Assembly (NCBI GenBank): GCA_047974565.1
Contig: JBKECN010000077.1
Location: forward strand, 9,723 to 73,722
DNA length: 64,000 nucleotides
Direction: 5' to 3'
Origin: Actinomycetales bacterium
GTDB lineage: Bacteria > Actinomycetota > Actinomycetes > Actinomycetales > CAWJMD01
The notes below the pieces were generated by a model, which had not been told where the DNA came from, ran no database searches, and saw only the letters and a program-made list of their open reading frames with translations. The first letter of the stretch is position 1; each line of letters begins with the position of its first letter. Both the position numbers and the translations under genes were made by a program. Shown piece after piece: positions 48,688 through 58,757 of this stretch.

Positions 48688-49566
48688 TCACCACGACGCT
48701 GCGGTCCAGTGCCCGGACTGTCTGGCGGCTAGTTCGAGTTCTTCTGCGCTCAGGTTCAGCCCGCCGAGGTAATAGAAACGTGCGAATCCCAAGAGTCCCC
48801 GCTTCCACTGCCTGCTGTTGCGAGGGTGCTCAGCAGATTCGGCAAAGTCGGCGACGGCGATCCCGGCCCAGGTTTCTCTGCTGAGCTTCTGCCCGAGAAC
48901 CTCGTTGATGCGCCGCGCGGCCTCCTTGGTGACGGCGAAAGCTGCGATCAGATGGCCGATCGTGAAGTGCAGCTTCCCCTCGGTCATCATCGAACTGAGC
49001 GGCCCCATCGTCAGTTGTTCCCATCTCTCGCGTTGCGCCTCGGTCAGTGAGCCCAGAACATCTGTCACTTCCGCTGTCACTTGGCCCGCATGATGAATCT
49101 GAGCGTTCCGAACGCAACGAAGCACGTGGAAGAGTGGGACGACGTCAGCTGGCTCGTCGACACCTGCGGCATCGAAGAACGTCTTGTGCATGCGTCCAGC
49201 GTTCAAAGCCCCCCACGCCTGCGACACCGTGTGGCCTGCGTCCTCCAGCATGGTGATTGCGTCTTTGACGAAGGCCTCATAGACAGCCAGCGCGTACGGA
49301 ATCGCCACTGCCGCCAGATGAGCATCGGCGTCGAGGAGGAGTTGCGACGCACGGTCCGGTAGGAGGTTAAACCGGTCGATATCCTTTACCGCCGGAAACA
49401 ATCCGGGAAGCTGATGAGGAGAACCGCTGTGCAGCTGGAGATTGTGCGCTGCCAGTCGAGAGCCCGCAAGGAGCGCGATCATGGCATTGTTCGCCTCGAC
49501 CCGCGCGTCTACATAGGCCCGGTACCTCGCAAAGTTGATCTCGCTCACACCTCCAGTTTCGCTCAT
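48688..49566 (-). CDS. HEPN-motif protein (putative RNase / abortive-infection-type cargo)
   Basis: ORF trimmed to ATG 49566 (MSETGGVSEINFARY...). It contains LRCVRNAQIHHAG, which matches the HEPN Rx4-6H signature in its usual hRxxRNxxxH context. GC is lower than in neighbouring genes. Confidence 0.5.
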   Translation of the reverse strand: MSETGGVSEINFARYRAYVDARVEANNAMIALLAGSRLAAHNLQLHSGSPHQLPGLFPAVKDIDRFNLLPDRASQLLLDADAHLAAVAIPYALAVYEAFVKDAITMLEDAGHTVSQAWGALNAGRMHKTFFDAAGVDEPADVVPLFHVLRCVRNAQIHHAGQVTAEVTDVLGSLTEAQRERWEQLTMGPLSSMMTEGKLHFTIGHLIAAFAVTKEAARRINEVLGQKLSRETWAGIAVADFAESAEHPRNSRQWKRGLLGFARFYYLGGLNLSAEELELAARQSGHWTAASW

Positions 49567-49621
49567 CGCCTCACCGGTCGCGGCGCGTCGGTCCAGATGA
49601 TCGTGCCCAGCGGCGGCAAGA

Positions 49622-51087
49622 TCACACCCGACGGCACAGCGGCAGCGCTGCGGCAGTGAACGCGGCGGCTTGCTGGCCGACGAGGAGACGGGTCTCACAC
49701 GAGGCCTGAATCGCGGCTTGCTCGATTGCGGCGACGGCGGCGTCGAGTTCCTCCACGGTGGGTGCGGAGATGGCGATGAGGCCGGTGTAGCGGAGGATGC
49801 CGTGGCCGGCGGTGAGGTCGGCTTCTTGTTGGAGCACGTCGTGGTATTCGGCGGTTTGGGAGGCGTCTTCGATCTGGCCGATCTTCGCTCGTTGGGCTTG
49901 GTCGGAGATGTGTTCGACTTTCTTCTTGCGGATGTCGCGGGCGGCTCGGTCGGAGCGCATCGGGGTGCAGATCAGCGAAAACGACCGCTGAATACCGGTG
50001 GACAGCAGCACCGGCGACAAGAACCCCGGATACACGAGCGAGCGTGGCCACTCACTGACCCACAGCACCGCGTGGTGCGCGGAGTCGGTGCGCAACCGTC
50101 CCCAGGTTTCGGTGACCGCGACCGGACCCGCGGTAGCGAGCGACTGACCGAGCTGGCCATGGCGTTCCAGGGTGGCGGCGATGGCGGGGTCGTAGGCCGA
50201 GCGCAGCATGACCGCGATCTGTCCTGGCGTGAGCCAGCCCGACGGTGCGAGGTCGGCGGAGCGGAGCGCGGCGACCAGCGTGTTCATCTCCTGACGCAGC
50301 ACGTTCGCCGCGCCCCGGATGCCGCCGCCCGCGGTTCTGATCTGCCTGGCCGCCGCCTTCATATCCAAGGAGAGAGACAGCGTGGTGGCGTGGCGTTCAC
50401 CGGCGGGTCCGGCGCGTTCGATCAACTCGGCGTAGGTATCAGCGGCCCATGACCCGTCGGGGGTGCCGTGGGCTGCCCACCACTCGGCAAGCCCGGTGCC
50501 GGAGTCCGGCAGGGTGCGCTCCAACACCTGCAGGGTGGCGACGCGGCCGGAGCGGCAGACGGTCGCGAGCACGCGACCCCAGGAGGTGACGCGACGTTCC
50601 TGTTCGCCGGGGTCGAGGAGCACGATTGCGGGATGGCTGACCTCACAGACCACGGTCAGGGTCGCGGCGTGGGGGTCGTGGATCATCCCGACCCCGGTGT
50701 CGGGGTCCTCGAACTCCCGCAGCCTGGCCATGTCGCCGGGCAGCGCGAGGGTCCCGACAGGACGGGGGACAACGATTCTGCGCTGGTAGAGCAACTGCCC
50801 GCCGGTGGTGCGCCACAGCCACCAGCACGTCACCGGCAGCCACTCTACGATGGGTCGGCCTGCGATGGGTATCCAGGTCAGCGCAGCGGAGAGTACCCAG
50901 ACGGGTGCGGTGTAGGCGAGGAGCATCCCGCCTACGGCGTAGAACGCGCCGATCAGCGTGGCTCCGCCGATGGCGAGGGTGATGGCTGTGTTAGGGAGAG
51001 GCCGAGGAGGATGCCTCGGCGGGTGAGGCGGGAGAACTTCACCGGCACGAGATCGCCCGCGCTACGCGGGTTCTGATTCGAGGTCAC
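49622..51087 (-). pseudogene. SCO6880-like conjugal-transfer membrane protein with an N-terminal frameshift
   Basis: GTG 51087 gives VTSNQNPRSAGDLVPVKFSRLTRRGILLGLSLTQ, then a stop. The sequence continues in another frame as AITLAIGGATLIGAFYAVGGMLLAYTAPVWVL... (ORF 49622..50926). The shift lies near 50988. Confidence 0.7.
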
Positions 51088-51091
51088 GGGT

Positions 51092-52502
51092 CTACTCCTT
51101 TGGCGCGCGTGGCGCAGGCGGCGTGGGCTTCGGCGGGGGCGCGGGATCGCTCCTCGGCGCGGGCGGTGCCGGACTTGACGACAGCGGCGCTACCTGAGTG
51201 GGCGCAGCCGGGGGCTGAGCGGCAGGCGGTGGCGGTGGGGTCTGGGCGGCGGCATCCGCGGCGTGCTCGCCTTGGGCACCGAGCGCGGTTCCGGCTTTCG
51301 GCCCGGCAGTGGCGACTCCCTTGGCGACCTGAGCGCCGACGACCACGGCAGCAGCGGGTCCAGCAGCAGCGGCACCACCGCCTGCGGCTGCACCGCCACC
51401 GGACGCAGCGGCACTTCCACCTGATGCACTGGCACCGCTGCCTGCTGATGCTGCGGGCTTGGGCGCGGGCGGCGTACCGCCTCCACCTCCACGGCCAGCG
51501 CCACCACTACTGGAACTGCCGGTGCCGCCTGCGCCGTCGAGTACCTTCTTCGGCTCGGCTCCGCCGCCTGCGCCTCGTCCGGGGACGGGGATGGGCCGGT
51601 TGAGGGCGTATTTGGCGTCTTGTTCGGAGCCGATGGCGTGGTACATGTCGAAGCCGACGAACGCGATGAACTTGTAGGTCAGGTACGGGGCGAACGCGGC
51701 CATCGCCATCAGGACGATCCCGGCGATGAGGTCGCTGATCGAGGCCAGGTCGGCGTCGATGGGTGCCGGGTGATCGCGACCAGGAACATCACGACGAGCA
51801 CGAGCTTGGAGCAGATCAGCGCGACGACGAACATCGCCCACTTCCCGATCCACCCCCGCGAGGCGTCCCACGACGCGCCACTGAAGGCGAGTGGGGCGAA
51901 CACGATCGCGACCAGCAGCAGGGCTTGCGTACGAGGAGGGAGAGCCAGACGATGGCGGCGGCGGTGATCGCGAGGCCGGCCATGAAGATCGTGATGATCG
52001 CCCCGACTCCGGGGGCGGCAATGTTGATCCCGACCAGGCCGGTGGCGAGGAGGGCGATCTTGTCGCCCATCGAGTCGGTGGTCTCGCCTGCGGCTTGGAC
52101 GATCCCGATGCACAGCTGGTCGACGACCTCCAGAAGAAGGGCTGTCAGGGTGATGACGACGAACGACCCGAGGACGGACTTGGCGAGGCCGAGGGCTGCG
52201 CGGGTAAGGGCGGTGGGGTCGCGTCGGATGAGGCCGGTGATGAGTTGGAGGCAGAAGAAGATCAGCATCACGAACACCGCGACGCCGAACAGCAGGTTGT
52301 AGACGCTGACGTAGCCGGGCCGGGTGACATCGACGAGGGTGGTGGTGTCGAACACCGACCAGACCGCCTCGAACAGCCAGCCCGCGGCGGCTCCCATGGC
52401 TTGGGCGAGCCAGTCGAACGGGGCCGCGACCAGTGTGGCGGCCCCTTCGCCGACGGCATCGCAGACCGAGGAGATTACCGGGATGTCGCACACGCTCATC
52501 AC
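51092..52502 (-). pseudogene. TrbL/VirB6-like polytopic T4SS membrane protein split over three frames
   Basis: Frame a (52502 to about 51931) ends at ...AAIVWLSLLVRK. Frame b reads ALLLVAIVFAPLAFSGASWDASRGWIGKWAMFVVALICSKLVLVVMFLVAI. Frame c (from about 51775) reads PIDADLASISDLIAGIVLMAMAAFAPYLTYKF... followed by a G/A/P-rich tail. Confidence 0.75.
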
Positions 52503-52533
52503 GAACCACCAAGCCCTTCTTGACGACGCCGGG

Positions 52534-52807
52534 TCAGACTTGCTGGCCGACGTTCCAGAAGAAGTTGAAGAGTGACACCGACGCGCCGCAGATCACCGCC
52601 GCGCCGCAGGAGACGAGGACGCCGATCTTCCCCCGCGACGCCAGGTGCGGGTTGCTGGAGTTCGCGCCGAAGCCCCACACGATCGCGGAAACGATCAGCG
52701 CGAGGACGGAGGGGATCAGGCCGATGGTCATCACCGCGCCGACGATCGTGCGCAGCTGGTTGATCCCCGGCAACCCATTGGGTGTTGGGGTCGATGTTGA
52801 TGTCCAT
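52534..52807 (-). pseudogene. Small two-TM ICE protein (DUF6112-like) with a frameshift after codon 9
   Basis: ATG 52807 gives MDINIDPNT, then an out-of-frame stretch. The homologous-looking sequence NGLPGINQLRTIVGAVMTIGLIPSVLALIVSAIVWGFGANSSNPHLASRGK... runs in another frame that has no start codon of its own. Confidence 0.6.
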
Positions 52808-52969
52808 CGGCACCAGGCCGACGACGGGCAGAACGGTAGCGGTGAGCAGATCGAACACGGTAGGTCTCCTTGGCGAGCGGCGGCCCGGCAGCGCGGATGC
52901 GCAGACGGGGTACACGCCATAGGTGCACCGGTCGTGCCCTCTAGCGATAGCGACTACCAAGCCGACTGA

Positions 52970-55449
52970 GCGACTGAGGAGTGGCGTACTCGAGCCACCG
53001 CGATCCTCGGCCGCGAGGCGACTCGTTGGGCGATGGATGTGACCGACAACGACCGGCCGTTGCTGTTGCGGGCCGATGACATTCCGCTCGACGTGGTCCG
53101 CGACATCGGCAGCACGGTCGTCGAGACGGTTGGTGAGAAGCGTTCGACCTGGCGCAGGTGGAACCTCATGGCCGAAGCGACGAGGCAGACGATGGGGTGG
53201 CGCTTCGCCACCATGAACGATCGTGAAGCGGTGATCGCGATGGTCACCGACGCCGCCCAGCTCGCATCCCTCCGGCTCATCCCTCCCGAGCTCTCGCTCT
53301 CGCCCCTGGTGTTCCGGCGCGACCACGGCATGTCGGTGTTCCGTCCGGTCAACTCAGCGGTCTTCACCTCCGAGGGGCACTCGCTGCGGAGGACCGGCTG
53401 CTCGACCGCTCCCGTGACCTCACTGGCCTGACCGTCACCCTCGCGACCGTCGAGAAGATTGCCCGCAACCCAGACGCGGACGGGCTGGTACTGGGTGAGG
53501 ATCAGGCCGAGGCGTTGACGCGGATCGCGGTGTCGGGGCGGATGCTCGATGTGCTCGTCGGCCCCGCCGGGGCGGGCAAGACCACCGCCATGAACGCGCT
53601 CCGCCGAGCCTGGGAGGCCGAGCACGGCAGAGGCTCCGTGGTCGGGCTCGCCCCGTCGGCGGTGGCCGCGCAGGTCCTCGCTGACGATCTCGGGATCGAG
53701 ACTGAGAACACCGCGATGTGGTGGCAGAACCACCTCACCAACGGACACACATTCCTGCCTGGGCAGTTGGTCATCGTCGACGAAGCCTCCCTCGCCGGCA
53801 CCCTCTCGCTGGACCGAATCACCGGCCTTGCCCAGCAGGCGGGCGCGAAGGTGCTGCTCGTCGGTGACTACGCCCAGCTTCAATCGGTCGATGCCGGGGG
53901 CGCGTTCTCCATGCTTGCCCGTGACCGCACCGACACCGTCGAACTCATCGACGTCCACCGCTTCCACCAGCCGTGGGAGAAGCTCGCCTCCCTCGACCTG
54001 CGCCACGGCCACACCTCCGTGATCGACAACTACCTCGCCCACGGCCGCATCCAGGACGGCGACACCGAGACCATGACCGACGCCGCCTACACCGCCTGGC
54101 GGGCCGACCGAGACGCCGGACACATCACCGTCCTGATCGCCGAAACCCGAGAACAAGTGACCGCGCTCAACGAGCGCGCCCGCGCTGACCTCCTCATCGA
54201 CGAGACCCTCACCCAGGATCAAGAGGTCGAGCTGCACGACGGTAGCCATGCGGGTGTCGGGGACACCGTCATCACCCGCCACAACGACCGGAAGATCACG
54301 GCCAGCAACGGCAACGACTGGGTGCGCAACGGCGACATCTGGACCATCACTGACGTTCGAGGCGACGGAAGCCTCACCATCCGCAGACCAGGCCGCTCCT
54401 ACGGCGGCGCGATCGTGCTGCCCGCCGCGTACGTCGCCGAGCATGTCGATCTCGGATACGCCGTCACCGCGCACCGAGCCCAAGGCGTCACGACCGACAC
54501 CGCCCATGTTCTGGTCGAGCCGACCGCGACGAGGGAGAACTTTTACGTCTCCATGACCCGAGGCCGTGCCGCGAACAATGCCTACGTGATCCTTGACCGT
54601 TCCGACGATCACCAGCAGCCGCACCCCGGCGACGACCCGAACGCGAGCAGCCGCAGCGTCCTGACTGGAGTGCTCCAGCACGTCGGAGCGGAACTGTCCG
54701 CGCGCGAGACGATCACCGCCGAACAGGAACAGTGGGGCTCGATCGCGCAGCTCGCCGCCGAGTACGAGACCATCGCGGCCGCCGCGCAGCACGACCGTTG
54801 GGCATCCCTCGTCCGCGCATCCGGCCTCACCGCCGAGCAAGCCCAAGCCGCGGTCGAGTCCGAAGCCTTCGGCCCACTTACCGCAGAACTCCGCCGCGCC
54901 GAAGCCAACCACCACGACATCGATACCCTGCTCCCACGCCTGGTCCAGTCGCGTGGGTTCGGAGACGCCGACGACATCGCCGCCGTCCTCCATTACCGAG
55001 TCGCCCGAGCAACCTCACGACCCGCTGGATCGGGCCGAGCCCGCAAAGCACCGCGCCTCATCGCCGGACTCATCCCACACGCAGACGGCGTGCACGATAG
55101 CGAGATGCGGGCCGCGCTCGACGAGCGAGAAGCACTCATCGAAGCCCGCGCCGACGCCGTCCTCGACGGCGCCCTCACGGACAACGCACCATGGTCGAGA
55201 GCGCTCGGCACACTGCCCCGAGGCCCCAGCCGCGCCGCGACCTGGCGGAAAGCCGCACGAGTAGTCGCCGCCTACCGAGACCGCTACCGCATCACCGGCG
55301 ACACCCCGCTCGGAGCACCGCCCGTGTCCGAGGCACAGAAGATCGACGCAGCCAGAGCAGGAGCAGCACTTGACAGCGTCCGACAGGTTGCGCAGACCGC
55401 GCTGGCGCTCGCCCGTCAAACGTCGGGCCGGGTGGGTCCGACACTGTGA
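52970..55449 (+). pseudogene. MobF/TrwC-type relaxase remnant: 5'-truncated and frameshifted, with the helicase part intact
   Basis: The frame opens only at 52970 (ATEEWRTRATAILG...RSTWRRWNLMAEATRQTMGWRFAT), so no relaxase catalytic domain is present. A frameshift lies at the G4 run at about 53375. The sequence then reads ALAAEDRLLDRSRDLTG...VLVGPAGAGKTT (Walker A), LVIVDEASL and a UvrD_C-like YAVTAHRAQGVT. Confidence 0.8.
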
Positions 55450-55515
55450 CTCTCCACCAGCCCCTCGTGGTTGGACCGGTACCGGCTGTTAAAAGTGTTG
55501 GCTCAGGGAGTCGGC

Positions 55516-57294
55516 TCAGGGACTCGCTGTTACTTCTGTGATCGGCCCGTTCGCTACGCCGGGTTCAAGGGTGACGACTGGCTGGTAACGTGCACCATCG
55601 CTTGAATTGGCCTCCCACTCATACACGATGGTTCGCAGAGTGTTGAGATGGCGCCCGACGAGAACAGCCATCGCGAATGGGCCGTGGAAGGCGAGGTGTA
55701 CCTCGGCCCGTCCCTGACTCGCGGAGAGCTTCTTGACTTGCTGCGCGATGGCTGCGCTGAGACGAGCTGCTTCTCGCGGGTCGATTCGTTCTGTACTCCC
55801 AAGTGAGATGATCTCGGCTGCGTCGAATCCATTGGCTGAGTCGTTCACAAGCTGTTCGAAAGCGGTCCGATCTGCATGCGGCGTCAAAGTCACGAAGATC
55901 GCCACGCGATGTTGGAGTTCTGCCGTCCGATCTGGTTCGGGTTGCGCGGGCTCGATTGTCAGTTCGGTGTTATGTGGGTCATCGTCGGGCGCGGCCGACG
56001 TCCAGGCATTGTCCTCCAGATCGATCACGATCACTTTGCCGATCTTCGTTTCGGGCAGCGCCGCGCCAACCGTGAGGCCGACTGCCAAGTGGGCTCCGCC
56101 CGATACACGTACGCTCTTTGCTCCGGCCGCGTACACGGCATCGCTGGTCAGCGGGAGCGTCTTCTGGAACAGCTCCAGCCCTGCACGGGAAGGAAGCCGC
56201 CCGTCGTCCGACGGTTTGAGTCGGATGTGAAGGTCCTCCTCGTCGGCGTCAAGGGCAGATGATGTAGGGCGGCTTTGCACGCGAATCGTGAAATCACGTC
56301 CTTCTGCGCGAATTCTCGGCTTTCGTTGCTCGATGCGGTGCATGAGGAGGTCGCGCACGATCTCGACTTCGCCCGACGGCTGACGCATGTTCGCTTGCTT
56401 CTTGTCGGCCAGGGTTCGTGCAGGCGCGAGTCGCAGGAGCCGATCCGGGGCGTCGTAGTCACACCTCAATTCATCGCCTGCCCGTGTAACCGTGTTCGCG
56501 ATGCACAGGCTGAAGTTGGGATCGGCATCGAGCTGGAGCAGACGTGGCAGTTCGCGTTCACGGACGATGTCGCTGTGTGCGATGTCGGGGGTGATGACGA
56601 GCACGCCTGCCGAGAGACCTCGGGTGAGCGCCTGTTCGAGGCGGTCGGTGGTCGTGCCGGGTCGAAGGTCCGTGTGATCTCTCCACACGACAAGCCCGGC
56701 AGCCCTGAGCAAATCCTCAAGAGCGTCGGCTTGCGCGGTGCCGTCTGATTGGCGGTACGAGATGAATACTGGGCCGTCGCCGCGAACGGCACCATCCGGT
56801 AAAGGACCGAGGGGAGGGAATCTCGAAGGAGGGAAAGAGACGACTGCTTCCTTCATTGTGGTCCTCCCGAACCGTTTGCGTTGGGCGATGAGGCCGAAGA
56901 ACGCACCGGTTGGGCCAGGCGCAAAGACGAGCAGCGCGATCGGAGTGGAACTGACCTTGGCGGTCGCACGCATCGCTGCGTGATCTACGGTGCTCGGTCC
57001 GGATGGGGCTGGGTGGCTGTGCCACTCACCGACGTAGCCGATCGGATCGTCGTCAGCTCGTTGCTCCAGAAACTCCTGCAAGAGCTCGTCCGCGCGAATG
57101 TCGTCGCGAACGTACCTGTTCGTCGTCGCCCTTTGCCCTTCAACAACCAAGGCGTGAGTTGCCACAATGGTGCCGTTCTCCTGATAGCCGAGGAGGATGC
57201 CACCAGTCTCCAGAGGAAGGCGGTTCGCTGTCTCGAAGGCGATGCTCTCATAGGCATCGACTCGGAGATCGATATGCGATGGCGGACGAGTCAT
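55516..57294 (-). CDS. Fusion protein: Cap3-like JAB/MPN metalloprotease + TIR + SAVED (CBASS effector fused to the deconjugase)
   Basis: 592-aa uninterrupted ORF. Residues 1 to about 150 are JAB-like, with ETGGILLGY and the JAMM motif HSHPAPSGPSTVD (56983-57021). Residues about 175-300 are TIR-like (VFISYRQSDG...GVLVITPD...RERELPRLL). Residues about 310-592 are SAVED-like, ending HLAFHGPFAMAVLVGRHL...IVYEW. ATGA overlap with the Cap2 stop. Confidence 0.75.
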   Translation of the reverse strand: MTRPPSHIDLRVDAYESIAFETANRLPLETGGILLGYQENGTIVATHALVVEGQRATTNRYVRDDIRADELLQEFLEQRADDDPIGYVGEWHSHPAPSGPSTVDHAAMRATAKVSSTPIALLVFAPGPTGAFFGLIAQRKRFGRTTMKEAVVSFPPSRFPPLGPLPDGAVRGDGPVFISYRQSDGTAQADALEDLLRAAGLVVWRDHTDLRPGTTTDRLEQALTRGLSAGVLVITPDIAHSDIVRERELPRLLQLDADPNFSLCIANTVTRAGDELRCDYDAPDRLLRLAPARTLADKKQANMRQPSGEVEIVRDLLMHRIEQRKPRIRAEGRDFTIRVQSRPTSSALDADEEDLHIRLKPSDDGRLPSRAGLELFQKTLPLTSDAVYAAGAKSVRVSGGAHLAVGLTVGAALPETKIGKVIVIDLEDNAWTSAAPDDDPHNTELTIEPAQPEPDRTAELQHRVAIFVTLTPHADRTAFEQLVNDSANGFDAAEIISLGSTERIDPREAARLSAAIAQQVKKLSASQGRAEVHLAFHGPFAMAVLVGRHLNTLRTIVYEWEANSSDGARYQPVVTLEPGVANGPITEVTASP

Positions 57295-58757
57295 TCGTGA
57301 CTCCTCACTGCGCCGATCGACAGGTCTCGCGTTTCCCCCGCTGGGTGGAGAGGGCGACCGACGAGTAGGTCGACGGTGTGACGCACGGTCGCTGCGGCCG
57401 CCTCAATCACCGCGTAAGGGGGCGTCGGAGAGATGGGACTGCCACAGCCGGCTTCGAACAGTTCAGACTCAGGCTGGTCGACAACGACGGACGAGGGTGG
57501 CAGCGGTTCGGCGCCGTCGAGCGGTGGCAGCACATCGATTCGGTAGCTCGTGCCGCCATTCTGGATCGCCGATGAGATGATTCGCCTGGACAACGCCCGT
57601 GCAGTGACATGGAGGAGCGCAGTGGTGGCGAAATCGGCGGTCGCGTCCACCACGAGATCGTGGTCGCTCAGAAGCTCGACAGCTTCGTCACCCGAGGTGA
57701 GTGCGTGATCGACCACCGTGACGTTGGCAGCTGCAACCCCATTGCGGTCAACCAGATGCTGCTTGACCGCCGCAACCTTTGACCGTCCCACAGCTTCAGG
57801 GCCGACAAGGTGACGGACAAGATTCCCTGGCATAACTACGTCACCATCGAGCAGGGTGAGATTTTGAACACCGGAGCGCACGAGCATGTCCGCGACAAAC
57901 GAGCCGAGGGCTCCGACGCCCACAACTGCGACTCGACGTCCGCGGAGCTCGGGAGCGAGCAGACCTGAGCGCGCGGCCTTGGCGGCATCGGTGTCGGCAC
58001 CTGAGCTCAGGCGTCTGACCGCGATGCCGCCATCCACGGTAGGCCACACTTCGAGTGTGATTGCGCCGTCGTGAGAGCCACGTCTGTATATCAGCACCAC
58101 GATCTCAATCGTGTGGTTGCGAATTCTGCGGTCTAGGTCGACGCTGGGGTTGATACGAGCGGAGATGTCGTCCCATGATCTTGGGGGCACGTTTACATCG
58201 CCGAGGTTGGCAACGTATCCGAAGCGATCCTTGCTGTGCTTCGAGGACTTCGCTGGCTTGGTGCCGCCAGCAATCCGCATGAGGTTGTTCGCTGCCGGGC
58301 GGAACCGAACGAATCCGCTGGGATATCGGGTCAGGTCATCGTAGAGATAGAGTCGCTCATCCCCTGAGGGCTCGAAGTAGCGGTCGAGGTCGAGGTCAGG
58401 CCGGTCGTCTGGCCATCCTGCTGCCGCCTGCTCGAACCAGGCGGCGACGTGTTCGAGGAACGCGGGCGCCTCGGTCCACCACAGTCCTTCGTGATCGTCT
58501 TCGGCGACCAAGCACAGCGATCCGTCCAGTTCCCGGTGCCAGGACCACGCGACCGCTTCTGAGTCGAGCGGAACCACGCGGGGTGGCTGAAAGGGATAGC
58601 GGGCATGCAACTCCATGAGAACCTCGGTGGCGCCTCCGGGGTGAACGATGGTCCCTCGCCAGCCGTTGTCATCCTCCGTGAAGCCCGCTCGGATCAGCCC
58701 TTCCTCGAAGTGCTGTCGTGAGTATGCGACGTAGTCGTCGTACTCGGTGAGGGTCAC
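57291..58757 (-). CDS. cap2: CBASS Cap2: E2-like plus E1 (ThiF/adenylation) fusion protein
   Basis: 488 aa. The N-terminal UBC-like region contains YPFQPPRV and a Cys in DGSLCLV. The E1 domain has VVGVGALGSFVADMLVRSG...LLDGDVVMPGNLVRH and a Cys in EAGCGSP. GTGA overlap with the CD-NTase stop. Confidence 0.8.
   Translation of the reverse strand: MTLTEYDDYVAYSRQHFEEGLIRAGFTEDDNGWRGTIVHPGGATEVLMELHARYPFQPPRVVPLDSEAVAWSWHRELDGSLCLVAEDDHEGLWWTEAPAFLEHVAAWFEQAAAGWPDDRPDLDLDRYFEPSGDERLYLYDDLTRYPSGFVRFRPAANNLMRIAGGTKPAKSSKHSKDRFGYVANLGDVNVPPRSWDDISARINPSVDLDRRIRNHTIEIVVLIYRRGSHDGAITLEVWPTVDGGIAVRRLSSGADTDAAKAARSGLLAPELRGRRVAVVGVGALGSFVADMLVRSGVQNLTLLDGDVVMPGNLVRHLVGPEAVGRSKVAAVKQHLVDRNGVAAANVTVVDHALTSGDEAVELLSDHDLVVDATADFATTALLHVTARALSRRIISSAIQNGGTSYRIDVLPPLDGAEPLPPSSVVVDQPESELFEAGCGSPISPTPPYAVIEAAAATVRHTVDLLVGRPLHPAGETRDLSIGAVRSHE

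Noticed and set aside
48561-48690. A functional tRNA or tmRNA gene inside the ICE.
   Set aside because: I could not fold a complete cloverleaf. No anticodon arm pairs correctly, and the acceptor strands are in 3'-then-5' order. It is kept only as tRNA-like fragments.
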